DNA of 64,000 nt, taken from Spirochaetota bacterium (GTDB taxonomy: Bacteria; Spirochaetota; UBA4802; UBA5550). The translations under genes and the position numbers were made by a program. The stretch covers positions 1,984,001 to 2,048,000 of the forward strand of contig CAXXHB010000003.1 in assembly GCA_963664815.2 (NCBI GenBank), in the 5' to 3' direction. A model generated the notes under the pieces. The model was not told where the DNA came from. It saw nothing but the letters and a program-made list of their open reading frames with translations, and did no database searches. Shown here in pieces: positions 54,060-64,000 of the stretch; position 1 is the first letter of the stretch; each line of letters begins with the position of its first letter.

Positions 54060-54566
54060 TTAAAATTCCTGAAATGATTTTATCATTTCCCAGAATTCAT
54101 CAACTTCCTTTTCATCAACAATTCCAAGTTTCTTGACACGATCAATATCCATCAGGAAAAATGACCCCGTTGCAGAAGAACAGAGTTCTCCTTTACTGTT
54201 AAAAATTTTAGAAGACATTACTGCATCCCTGTCACTTATCTTTTCCAGAACCTCACTCTCTACATGAAGCATGTCACCTACCATAACAGGTTTATGGTAA
54301 GTAACTGTCATAGTTTTGGTGAAGATCATTCTTCGCGTAAGAAATATAGCCCCCCAACTCATGCTTTCATCAAGGAGTGTTGATACAATTCCTCCATGTG
54401 CAAGCCCATTCCATCCGACCATGTATGAAGGCACTGAAACATCGCAGTAAACAAGTTTATCATTACCGTAAAATTTCATTTTTAATCCTTTATCATTAAC
54501 CGGTCCACAGGCAAAACAGTTACTATCGGGCATATTAGGAATTTCAACATAGCTGTTTTCAGACAT
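54060..54566 (-). CDS. PaaI family thioesterase
   Basis: CFACG...GL, HGGIVSTLLDE. Confidence 0.9.
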   Translation of the reverse strand: MSENSYVEIPNMPDSNCFACGPVNDKGLKMKFYGNDKLVYCDVSVPSYMVGWNGLAHGGIVSTLLDESMSWGAIFLTRRMIFTKTMTVTYHKPVMVGDMLHVESEVLEKISDRDAVMSSKIFNSKGELCSSATGSFFLMDIDRVKKLGIVDEKEVDEFWEMIKSFQEF

Positions 54567-55077
54567 AATCTTCCTCCCCTATTAATCGGCTTATCTATCG
54601 ATAAACCTGCAGATCAATAGTGATCATCATAAAAAATATCATATATAGAAAATCAAAATAAACCGGAACTATAATCATGAAGAAAAGGTTTTACATTTTT
54701 TATCTACAAAATTCCAGAAATTTTAGTAAAGAAATGTTACTGGAATCATCGTAGCAGACAAACATTATTATCCTGAAAATAAACATGAAAAAATCCCGGT
54801 AAAATCTATATTTTACAGATTTATTATGTTACAATGAATTGCAAGCAATTAATATCAGACTAAAATCTTTGTTAAACAGCAAAATTAATCAGAGATTAAT
54901 ACTGTTTTATCAATTAAATTTCAACATGATTGTTAATTATTGTGTTTTTTTTATGCAAAACTATTGATTGACAAAAGTTGTATAATTAAGTTGAATCAGT
55001 TAATAATAATTGTATTTTAATTGCCTCAAATTAAGTGCAGAATAGTTTTTTTCATAAAAAATAAAGGAGTCTCATGT

Positions 55078-55410
55078 ATGGGATTTTTAAAAGAATTGGG
55101 CAGATATCTGGTAATATATGGTGAAATCGCATTAAACAAAACTGAAATACTCACACAAATGACAAAACTTAAAATTGAAATAAAAAGACGGGAAATTGAA
55201 ATAGAACAGGTTAAAATTGAAATCGGAGATTATGTAATAAACCAGTTTGAAAAAAACGAAGCTGTAAACAGCGAAGTTATTAAATTTAAAATTGAGAATA
55301 TGAATTCCTTTAAAAATGGGATTGATGATCTGAAAATAAAGCTTGAAATATTAAAAACAAAGTTCTGGGAAAGATCTAATGATATCAAAGAAACCAGTAA
55401 GGCTGTATAA
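55078..55410 (+). CDS. hypothetical coiled-coil protein
   Basis: AAGGAG RBS; helical 110 aa; immediately upstream of rnr. Confidence 0.65.
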   Translation: MGFLKELGRYLVIYGEIALNKTEILTQMTKLKIEIKRREIEIEQVKIEIGDYVINQFEKNEAVNSEVIKFKIENMNSFKNGIDDLKIKLEILKTKFWERSNDIKETSKAV

Positions 55411-55412
55411 AT

Positions 55413-57536
55413 ATGCCGGTTTCTTCAAAAAAAATAATCAGCTTAATAGATGAACTACCTTCACATTTTACAAAGAATGATCTTAACAGGAAACTGATAC
55501 ACGCAACGGAAGAAAACTCCCTTCCGAACAGAAATGTGAGAAGGAAAAAGAAAAAAACTGCAGAAACAGCATCCCGGGATATTTCCAGGATAGAAGAAAC
55601 CCTTAATGCTCTTATATCATCGGGATTCATTCAGAAGGATAAAAAACATCTTATTAAAGCGGCAAAATTTACATTCGAGGGTAAAATAAAAGTAAACAGA
55701 AGCGGAGATTCTTTAATAAAGTACAATGACCTAGACATTGTTATTCATCGTGAAGATACAAATAATGCACAGAATGACGATACTGTTACAATTAAAATTT
55801 ATGATTACAGAAAGGGATTTTTTTCCGGAAGAGTTATAAAAGTAAGCGCCAGGAGCAAAGAATCAAATATTGCCCGTGTTACAGGTAAGAGTGGAAACCT
55901 CATCTTATTCAGGCTGCTTGATGTACAGGGTGACGTCAGTCTATGCGCACAAAAGAGGGGAATTATACCGGAAATTGGTGATTTTGCGACTGTTGCATTA
56001 ATGGATAACAGAATATCCGGCATGACGGAATGTAAAGTGCTGGAATATTTCAGCGAGAGTGACGAAAGCTACGATTTTATACGGATTAAGAACAGGCATT
56101 CCCTGCCTGATGACCATGAATATTTCAAAGAAACACCTGAAAATATTACTGTTCCTGAAAATGAACTTCTCAACAGAAAGGATTATACAAAACTGTTTAC
56201 AATAACAATTGATGGTGATTATGCGAAAGATTTTGACGACGCGATCTCCATCAAAGAGTACAAAAATTCCACTAAAATATATGTGCATATTGCCGATGTT
56301 TCGGCTTATGTCAGTATCGGGACAAGACTCGACCAGGAAGCATTTCTCAGGGGTACAAGTTATTATCTTGGAAACAGAGTAATTCCTATGCTTCCGGAAG
56401 TTCTCTCAAACGATTTATGTTCACTTAAAGAAGGTGTTAAAAGATATACGCTTACAGCTGAAATGAATTTTGACGATAAAGGAAACCTGACAAAACTGGA
56501 AGCGTTCAGGGGAATAATTAAAGTCAACAAAAGACTGACATATAACATAGCCGAACAGATGCTTAATAAAAAACAATGGAACCAGGCATCAATTACACTT
56601 CATAAAATGATGAAATTTGCCAATCTCCTGAACGCAAAAAGGGTTCAGGATGGCAGACTTGACCTGAACCTGACTGATGAAGAAATTGTATATGACGGTA
56701 ACAAAGTAAAAGAGATAAAATTTGCTAAAAGATTAAAAAGCCAGACTCTGATAGAAGAGTTTATGCTGAGTGCAAACGAAGCTGTTTCAAAATCTTTAAA
56801 GGAAAACAGTATCCCCACTCTTTACAGAGTCCATGAAAAGATAAGCGATGAAAATCTTGCTGCTCTTAAAAAATTCCTTCAGGTATTGAATATTAAAATA
56901 AATATTTCTGATGCTCCGGGTAAAGCTATACAGGAGATATTACATAAAGTCTCAGGCAAACCTTATGAACAGGTTGTAAATCTTGTTGTGCTGAAATCAA
57001 TGATGCAGGCGTTTTACGGCGCCGTTCCTCTTGGTCATTTTGGACTGGGTTTTCTTGATTATACACATTTTACATCACCGATAAGACGGTATCCAGACCT
57101 TATAGTTCACAGGTGTCTGAAAAGTCTTATTGATTCAAAACCGGGACCCTATAAAATTGAAGAGCTTATTGCAATAGGTGAGAAATCTTCAACAATGGAA
57201 CGTATAGCCCAGAAAGCTGAAAGAGATATAATCAAAATGAAATCCTGCAGACTTATGAAAAACCGTATTGGAGAGGAGTTTGAGGTTATAATAAGCGGAG
57301 TTACAAAATTCGGAATGTTTGTATCACTTCTCGAAATGCCGATTGAAGGGATGGTTCCTCTCAGGAATATTACGGACGATTATTACATTCTCAAGGAGGA
57401 TGATTTTACTATAATTGGCAGAAAATACAACAGAAGGTACAGACTTGGAGATAAAATAAAGGTACGCCTGATTACAGCAGATATTGAAACTTTAAGAATT
57501 GACTTTGAACTTGTTGTAGCAGGGAAGAAAAAGTAA
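55413..57536 (+). CDS. rnr: ribonuclease R
   Basis: TIDGDYAKDFDDA, HFTSPIRRYPD, C-terminal S1 domain. Confidence 0.92.
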   Translation: MPVSSKKIISLIDELPSHFTKNDLNRKLIHATEENSLPNRNVRRKKKKTAETASRDISRIEETLNALISSGFIQKDKKHLIKAAKFTFEGKIKVNRSGDSLIKYNDLDIVIHREDTNNAQNDDTVTIKIYDYRKGFFSGRVIKVSARSKESNIARVTGKSGNLILFRLLDVQGDVSLCAQKRGIIPEIGDFATVALMDNRISGMTECKVLEYFSESDESYDFIRIKNRHSLPDDHEYFKETPENITVPENELLNRKDYTKLFTITIDGDYAKDFDDAISIKEYKNSTKIYVHIADVSAYVSIGTRLDQEAFLRGTSYYLGNRVIPMLPEVLSNDLCSLKEGVKRYTLTAEMNFDDKGNLTKLEAFRGIIKVNKRLTYNIAEQMLNKKQWNQASITLHKMMKFANLLNAKRVQDGRLDLNLTDEEIVYDGNKVKEIKFAKRLKSQTLIEEFMLSANEAVSKSLKENSIPTLYRVHEKISDENLAALKKFLQVLNIKINISDAPGKAIQEILHKVSGKPYEQVVNLVVLKSMMQAFYGAVPLGHFGLGFLDYTHFTSPIRRYPDLIVHRCLKSLIDSKPGPYKIEELIAIGEKSSTMERIAQKAERDIIKMKSCRLMKNRIGEEFEVIISGVTKFGMFVSLLEMPIEGMVPLRNITDDYYILKEDDFTIIGRKYNRRYRLGDKIKVRLITADIETLRIDFELVVAGKKK

Positions 57537-57704
57537 AATTTCTTTACTGAATATAACTTTACAAAAAAATGTCTTCTTCTGACATCTGTTTATGTGAAAA
57601 TTCGAGTAAGCATGATAGATTAACATGTACATTTTATCGACTAATCCGTCTATCATCAGCATAACACTAATATTCACATAAACTGCAATAATTTGAGGTG
57701 ATAT

Positions 57705-58754
57705 ATGAAAAAAGCAGTAATAATAGGTGCTACCGGATTCGGAGGACTCGGGCTTATTGATATATTGTCAAGGCATCCTGAAATAAAAGTGACTGAACTT
57801 TCCTCTATTGATCATGGAAAAAAAATATCAGAAATGTATCCTCATCTTCATGGTATCTGCGATCTTGATGTTAAATCATCCGATAATATTATTGCCGATG
57901 ATGCAGACATAGTTTTTCTGGCTACGCCCGACCAGGTAGGAATGAATCTTGCCAAAAATTTTTATAACAGGAAAATTCCTGTAATAGACTTCAGCGGCGA
58001 TTTCAGGTTCCATTCCCTTGAAGATTATAAAACATATGCTTTGAATAAAGGCATGTCGGATACGCATAGTTCTCCCCAGCTTTTACCGGAATCTGTTTAT
58101 GGACTTCCTGAAAAAAATTTCAATAAAATTAAAACCGCTCCAATTATAGGTAATCCGGGTTGTTTTGCAATGGCAATGATTCTTGCACTGCTGCCCGCTG
58201 TTGAAAATGGTTTTTTAAATAATACAATTATATGCGATGGTAAAACCGGCGTATCAGGTGCCGGAATCAATCCTGGAAGAGCCAATTCGTACCCCCTTAG
58301 ATATGAAAATTCAAATACATACCGGGAAGGTAAACATCAGCATCTTGTTGAGGTTGAAAATGTACTGAATCAATGGAATGGAAATCCGCATGAAAAACAG
58401 AGTATCTTTTTTGTTCCACAGATTATACCTATGAACAGGGGTATACTTATGACAATTTATGCTGATATAGATTCAAAATATAGCACTAAATTTTTAAATA
58501 ATCTCTATAAAGAGTACTATCAGAATTCTCCTTTTATACATATTACAGAAACATCTCCCAATACATCGGAAGTTCGCGGTACAAACAGATGCAATATTAA
58601 AATTTTAAAAGATGAAAGAACGGGTAAACTCCTTATAATATCAGTGATTGATAATCTAATTAAAGGACAATCGGGCAATGCTGTTCAAAATGCCAATATA
58701 AGGCTTGGATTAGAGCAGATTGCCGGGCTTGATCTTAACCCGATTTATCCTTAA
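57705..58754 (+). CDS. argC: N-acetyl-gamma-glutamyl-phosphate reductase
   Basis: IIGATG, YGLPE, GNPGCF, GVSGAG, DNLIKG. Confidence 0.96.
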   Translation: MKKAVIIGATGFGGLGLIDILSRHPEIKVTELSSIDHGKKISEMYPHLHGICDLDVKSSDNIIADDADIVFLATPDQVGMNLAKNFYNRKIPVIDFSGDFRFHSLEDYKTYALNKGMSDTHSSPQLLPESVYGLPEKNFNKIKTAPIIGNPGCFAMAMILALLPAVENGFLNNTIICDGKTGVSGAGINPGRANSYPLRYENSNTYREGKHQHLVEVENVLNQWNGNPHEKQSIFFVPQIIPMNRGILMTIYADIDSKYSTKFLNNLYKEYYQNSPFIHITETSPNTSEVRGTNRCNIKILKDERTGKLLIISVIDNLIKGQSGNAVQNANIRLGLEQIAGLDLNPIYP

Positions 58755-58895
58755 ATTATGTTGACAATATTACTAAGAACTATATCTATTCTAAATATTA
58801 TTATTTATCTATATTATATAGATATTCAACAGTAAATTTAGATAAATTAGTGGTTATCATGCTCTAAATTATATCAATATCGAGTCAGAAATTAT

Positions 58896-60641
58896 ATGTC
58901 AAAAAGAATAAAAAAAGGGATTATCGCTTCACCAGGTGTAAGGATCGGGAAAGCTCTTGTTTTTCATGGCGATGAAGTTAAAATCCCCAAATATCATATA
59001 GACGAAACAAGGCTTAATGACGAGATAGAAAGATTTGAAGAAGCTGTTATAAAAACAAAAAATGAAATTCTGGAAATACAGAAAAAAATATCAAATGACA
59101 GTTTCAGTGATCTTGCAGAGATATTTTCTACACACCTCATGGCACTTGAGGATCCTATTTTTATTGAACGAGCCAGAAAAAAAATAAAATCTGAAAGACG
59201 AAACAGCGAATGGGTAATTAATGATATATCAATAGATTTAATTACAACGTTGAGTAAAATTGACGACGAATATCTTAAAGAAAGAATTATTGATATCTCC
59301 GATATCAATAAACGACTGATCGGTAATCTTCAGAAAAAGAAAAAAATGAGTCTTTCTGATATAAATGAAAACTCAATAATTTTCGCTGCTGATCTGACAC
59401 CTTCCGAAACAGCACTTTTAAACAGACAGTTTGTACTTGCATTCGTAACAGATAGAGGTGGTAAAACATCACATACAGCAATTATGGCACGATCAATGGA
59501 TATTCCGGCGATTGTCGGCATGGACGACATTACATCCTATGTAAAAACTGGTGATATCGTCATTGTTGATGCTGTACATTGCGAGATATTCATAAATCCT
59601 TCAAGTGATGAAATAGATGAATATCTAAGATTTCAGAAAGATATAAACGAAGTTGAAAATGAACTTGCTAAACTGACAAATCTACCTTCAACGACAATAG
59701 ATAATACTGAAATATTCATTTTCGGAAATATTGAAATTCCTGATGAAATGAATGTTATTAAATCACATGGTGCACATGGAATCGGTCTATACAGATCAGA
59801 ATTTTTATTCCTTGATAAAGAACTCCCCGATGAGGAAGTACAGCTCTGCCAGTATAAAAAGGTCATAGATTTTTTTAATCCTTTCCCCGTTACAATCAGG
59901 ACTCTCGACTACGGTGGGGATAAAATTCTTGATTTCAATAAAACCCATAAGGAAATGAACCCGTTTCTCGGCTGCCGTTCTATCAGATTCAGCCTGAAAA
60001 ATCAGGGAATATTCAGGACGCAGCTCCGGGCAATTCTCAGAGCAAGTGCTTATGGAAATGTAAAAATAATGTTTCCAATGATATCAACACTGGATGAACT
60101 TCTGCAGGCTAAAGAGATAACCTTCGATATGATGAAGGAACTTGACGCATCAGGCATTCCATATGATAAGAATATAGAAATCGGAATAATGGTAGAGGTA
60201 CCGTCTGCTGTAATAGCAGGTGATATCTTTGCAGAAAATATTGATTTTTTCTCTGTAGGTACCAATGATCTTGTTCAGTATATTCTTGCAGTAGACAGGG
60301 TCAATGAAAAAGTAGCAGATCTTTACAATCCTCTCGATATTTCGGTCTTAAGATTTCTCAGAACAATTTCAGATATTGCATCCTCTCACTCAAAACCTAT
60401 TTCTATCTGCGGAGAAATCGCCGGCGAACCCAAGTTTACAATGATGCTTCTCGGTCTTGGATTCAGGCAATTATCAATGAGTTCGAAATACATGTATCAG
60501 GTAAAACGTATAATAAGATCTGTAACAATTGAAGAATGCGAATCACTTTCAAGATCGCTTCTACAGATGAAAAGAACTGACGATATAGAACGTGCCGTAG
60601 TCGAAAACATGAATCAGAAATTCCCCGGTATTGTTTTTTGA
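58896..60641 (+). CDS. ptsI: PTS enzyme I
   Basis: GGKTSHTAIMAR (phospho-His), GLYRSEF, GTNDL, CGE. Confidence 0.96.
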   Translation: MSKRIKKGIIASPGVRIGKALVFHGDEVKIPKYHIDETRLNDEIERFEEAVIKTKNEILEIQKKISNDSFSDLAEIFSTHLMALEDPIFIERARKKIKSERRNSEWVINDISIDLITTLSKIDDEYLKERIIDISDINKRLIGNLQKKKKMSLSDINENSIIFAADLTPSETALLNRQFVLAFVTDRGGKTSHTAIMARSMDIPAIVGMDDITSYVKTGDIVIVDAVHCEIFINPSSDEIDEYLRFQKDINEVENELAKLTNLPSTTIDNTEIFIFGNIEIPDEMNVIKSHGAHGIGLYRSEFLFLDKELPDEEVQLCQYKKVIDFFNPFPVTIRTLDYGGDKILDFNKTHKEMNPFLGCRSIRFSLKNQGIFRTQLRAILRASAYGNVKIMFPMISTLDELLQAKEITFDMMKELDASGIPYDKNIEIGIMVEVPSAVIAGDIFAENIDFFSVGTNDLVQYILAVDRVNEKVADLYNPLDISVLRFLRTISDIASSHSKPISICGEIAGEPKFTMMLLGLGFRQLSMSSKYMYQVKRIIRSVTIEECESLSRSLLQMKRTDDIERAVVENMNQKFPGIVF

Positions 60642-61396
60642 TGAAATTATACAGTGAGCTTGCTGAATACTATTTTTCAATAGAATCAAATCACAGAGAA
60701 ATACAGAATGATGTTCTTCTTGTAAGATCATATCTCAGTGGACTAGAACAACCTTCAATTCTTGATCTTGGATGCGGAACAGGTGAACATTTAAATGCAT
60801 TGAAAAAATTCGGTGTAAGAGGAGTTGGAATCGATATCAGCCCTCAAATGCTTGATATAGCAAAAAAAAGATACCCTTCAGGGATAGATTTCGTAAACAG
60901 GAATTTCAAGAATTTTGATTTTTATAATGAATTTGATGCGGTGATATCCCTTTTCGGATCCATGGTATACCTTATCAATGATAAAGAAGTTGATAATTTT
61001 TTCTGGAACACATGGAGGGCTTTAAAACCGGGAGGAATAGGTATATTTGAATTATGGCATTCAATACCGGTATGCAAAATAAAGAACAAACCACTTTCTC
61101 ATGTCTCACATACAAAGTATAAAGATGTTATTATAGAACGTGAAAGAGGATTTAATATTGTTGAAGAAACCAAGCGTACTGTTGTAAAAGTAGATTACAT
61201 ATATAAAGTAATCACTCCAACTTCATCGCAGCTATATAACGATACACATATAATGAGAGCCTTCACTCTTGATGAAATTTCGACTTTTATCAAATCAAAC
61301 GGTTTTATGATAAAAAACGTATTCGCTAACTCTCTAAAGGAAAAATTTAACGATAACTCAAACAAAATGCTTATTGTATTTCAGAAGGAAGCCTGA
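60638..61396 (+). CDS. class I SAM-dependent methyltransferase
   Basis: ILDLGCGTG; start overlaps the ptsI stop. Confidence 0.88.
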   Translation: MMKLYSELAEYYFSIESNHREIQNDVLLVRSYLSGLEQPSILDLGCGTGEHLNALKKFGVRGVGIDISPQMLDIAKKRYPSGIDFVNRNFKNFDFYNEFDAVISLFGSMVYLINDKEVDNFFWNTWRALKPGGIGIFELWHSIPVCKIKNKPLSHVSHTKYKDVIIERERGFNIVEETKRTVVKVDYIYKVITPTSSQLYNDTHIMRAFTLDEISTFIKSNGFMIKNVFANSLKEKFNDNSNKMLIVFQKEA

Positions 61397-61415
61397 CAGG
61401 CCGATAAAAAACCTG

Positions 61416-63866
61416 CTACATGGTAGCAGGTTTCTCCTCTCTTGATATTTCCGGGAGAGTAATCCCCCATTCATTTATTGTCTCTTTCCATCTATTGTAA
61501 ATATCTCTTGCCATTTTCATATCTCTGAAAAATTTCTCCGGACTTTCAAGCGCCAGAAAGAATACCTCCTCCATAGTTGAAACAGGATGAAAAACCATTT
61601 CGTTTCTTACATACTCCGGAATTTTATCCAAATCCTTTGCATTATCCTTGGGGAGTATTACATGCTTTATCTGAGCCCTGTGAGCGGCCAGAACCTTCTC
61701 CTTTAACCCGCCGATTGGAAGAACTTTTCCCCTCAGGGTTATCTCTCCTGTCATTGCCACATCTTTTCTGACAGGAATTTTACTGTATAGAGATGACATT
61801 ACAACAGCCATTGTAATACCAGCTGACGGTCCATCTTTCGGTATTGCACCTTCAGGGACATGAAGATGAAGGTCGTACTCCCTGAATACAGTATCATCGA
61901 CATTGAAAAACTGCTGGTTAGCCTTAACGTAAGTAAATGCTGCCTGTGCGGATTCCTGCATAACTTCGCCAAGCTTACCGGTCAGTTTAAGATCACCCTT
62001 GCCTTTGATAAGAGACGCTTCAATATTCAATATCTCTCCGCCAACCTCAGTCCATGCAAGACCATTGGCAAGACCTACTTCACTTTTTTCTTCCCTTACT
62101 CCGTGTTTGAATTTTATCGGACCAAGATATTTTTCTATCACATCTTCAGTTATTATCTTTTTAAAAGACGTATTGTTTTCAACAACTTCCCGTGCAGTTT
62201 TTCTGCAGACCTTGGCAATTACACGCTCAAGACTTCTTACTCCAGCCTCCCTTGTGTAATGCCGTATTGTATAAAGCATTACATCTTCAGAGAATTCCAG
62301 GTTGTGAGGCTTTAACCCGTTTTCATCAATCTGTTTATTCAAAAGAAAATCTATTGCAATACGCAGTTTTTCCGGTTCAGTGTAACTTGATAATTCAATT
62401 ATCTCCATCCTGTCCTGAAGAGGAATCGGGATATTATGTTGTGCGTTAGCCGTTGTTATGAACATTACATCTGAAAGATTGTAGGTGACCTCCATGTAAT
62501 GGTCCTGAAAAGAGTTATTCTGTTCAGGGTCAAGAACCTCAAGCAGCGCCGATGAAGGATCGCCACGAAAGTCCATAGACATTTTATCAATCTCATCGAG
62601 AAGGATAACTGGATTCACAGTTCCGGCCTTTTTCATCATCTGAATTATTCTTCCCGGAAGCGCACCAACATAAGTTCTTCTGTGACCTCTTATTTCAGCT
62701 TCATCTCTAACCCCACCAAGAGACATCCTGACAAATTTCCTGTTCAGGGCCCTCGCAACAGATTTTCCAAGAGATGTTTTACCTACGCCTGGAGGTCCCA
62801 CAAAGCAGAGGATAGGACCTTTAAGTTTTTTTGAAAGTTTATTTACTGCAATATATTCAATGATCCTTTCCTTTACTTCATCAAGACCATAATGATCCGT
62901 ATTGAGAATATCAACCGCATCCTGGATTTTCTTAATATCTTTGGTTTTCTTATGCCATGGAACATCTCTAAGCCATTCTATGTAATTTCTTACAACAGCC
63001 GATTCAGCTGACATAGGTGGCATTTTTTCAAGTCTCTTCAGCTCCTGAAGCGCCTTGTTTTTTGCTTCTTCACTCATTTTGGCATTATCAATTGAATTAC
63101 GCAGCTCCCCTATCTCGTCTACTTCACCTTCACCCTGCCCCAGTTCTTTTTTTATGACCTTCATCTGTTCATTGAGATAATACTCTTTCTGGGTCTTCTC
63201 CATCTGTTTACGGACCTGGCCCTGTATCTTCTTTTCAATATACATCACCTCTATTTCACCGTTAATATACTCAATAAGCTTATTAACGCGCTCCGCTGGA
63301 TTTCCTATTTCAAGAAGTGTCTGTTTATATTCAATTCTCATTTCAACATGGGAAGAAATAACATCACAGAGCTGGGAAATATCATCTATGCTCTCGCATG
63401 ATGTTAATGCCTCTTTAGGGACTTTTTTATTCAGCTTGATGTATTTCTCAAATGTATCAAGAATCGACGCCTTAATCGATTGTTTATCAATTTCGCTGTC
63501 TATCTGTCTTTCAACTCTCTTGATATTTACACCGATATGATCATCGCCCTGAATCCAGTCAGAGACAAAACATCTTGTAATGCCTTCAACAAGAACCTTT
63601 ATTGTTCCATCGGGAAGTTTAAGCAGCTGAAGTATCTCCGCCACAGTACCAACTTCATATAAATCGTTTTTTTCCGGTGAAGGATTCTGCGCATCCTTTT
63701 GTGTAAGAAGAATTATAAACCTGTCTTCTTTCATGGCCCTGTCGAGAGCATTGACAGATTTTTCTCTGCCAACAAACAGTGGTATAACCATATATGGATA
63801 CACAACCACATCCCGTAAAGGGAGCAGCGGGTATTTTTTATCAAAATCTACAATTCTATTTGCCAT
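61416..63866 (-). CDS. lon: ATP-dependent protease La
   Basis: LPLRD, GPPGVGKT, DGPSAG. Confidence 0.98.
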   Translation of the reverse strand: MANRIVDFDKKYPLLPLRDVVVYPYMVIPLFVGREKSVNALDRAMKEDRFIILLTQKDAQNPSPEKNDLYEVGTVAEILQLLKLPDGTIKVLVEGITRCFVSDWIQGDDHIGVNIKRVERQIDSEIDKQSIKASILDTFEKYIKLNKKVPKEALTSCESIDDISQLCDVISSHVEMRIEYKQTLLEIGNPAERVNKLIEYINGEIEVMYIEKKIQGQVRKQMEKTQKEYYLNEQMKVIKKELGQGEGEVDEIGELRNSIDNAKMSEEAKNKALQELKRLEKMPPMSAESAVVRNYIEWLRDVPWHKKTKDIKKIQDAVDILNTDHYGLDEVKERIIEYIAVNKLSKKLKGPILCFVGPPGVGKTSLGKSVARALNRKFVRMSLGGVRDEAEIRGHRRTYVGALPGRIIQMMKKAGTVNPVILLDEIDKMSMDFRGDPSSALLEVLDPEQNNSFQDHYMEVTYNLSDVMFITTANAQHNIPIPLQDRMEIIELSSYTEPEKLRIAIDFLLNKQIDENGLKPHNLEFSEDVMLYTIRHYTREAGVRSLERVIAKVCRKTAREVVENNTSFKKIITEDVIEKYLGPIKFKHGVREEKSEVGLANGLAWTEVGGEILNIEASLIKGKGDLKLTGKLGEVMQESAQAAFTYVKANQQFFNVDDTVFREYDLHLHVPEGAIPKDGPSAGITMAVVMSSLYSKIPVRKDVAMTGEITLRGKVLPIGGLKEKVLAAHRAQIKHVILPKDNAKDLDKIPEYVRNEMVFHPVSTMEEVFFLALESPEKFFRDMKMARDIYNRWKETINEWGITLPEISREEKPATM

Positions 63867-63884
63867 CAGTTCCTCTGATTGTTA

Positions 63885-64000
63885 TTAAGCTGTTTTTTCT
63901 TTTTTGTTGTATCTGATTACCGGGCTGCTCTGCTTAACAACCATATCTCTGGTAATAATAATTTTATCAATATTGTTATCTGACGGAATTTCATACATCA
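63885..64000 (-). CDS. clpX: ClpX ATPase C-terminus (partial)
   Basis: Manual translation ...MYEIPSDNNIDKIIITRDMVVKQSSPVIRYNKKEKTA*; clpX-lon synteny. Confidence 0.8.
   Translation of the reverse strand, partial: MYEIPSDNNIDKIIITRDMVVKQSSPVIRYNKKEKTA

Overview
AT-rich bacterial chromosomal segment, probably from an anaerobic Spirochaetota-like organism. That assignment is inferred from the GAF-GGDEF cyclase, the RelA/SpoT-TPR alarmone synthetase, and prp sitting beside an extension-less L27. Housekeeping genes: tRNA(CAU)-rplU-prp-rpmA-obgE-proB, hisB-hisH, eno-ftsB-DUF501, glgP, rnr, argC, ptsI, clpX-lon. Accessory content: an arsenic cluster (arsR-thioredoxin-arsP-acr3) ending in an oxidoreductase fragment, acyl-CoA enzymes, an oxygen-defence operon (fprA-rubredoxin-cydAB-desulfoferrodoxin), a pentaheme lipoprotein and nrfHA. 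I saw no CRISPR array, prophage or intact transposase. The main signals not shown by the ORF track are: (1) a HesB-like selenoprotein with an in-frame UGA and a SECIS-like hairpin (45894-46199); (2) a promoter-to-terminator unit with no convincing ORF, probably a ~170-nt structured sRNA (29487-29655); (3) a secreted protein whose glycan-binding-like domain appears split by a ~420-aa Lys-rich insert; (4) an apparently intact Prp protease whose usual substrate, the L27 extension, is absent. Product calls come from motif recognition by eye, not database searches.
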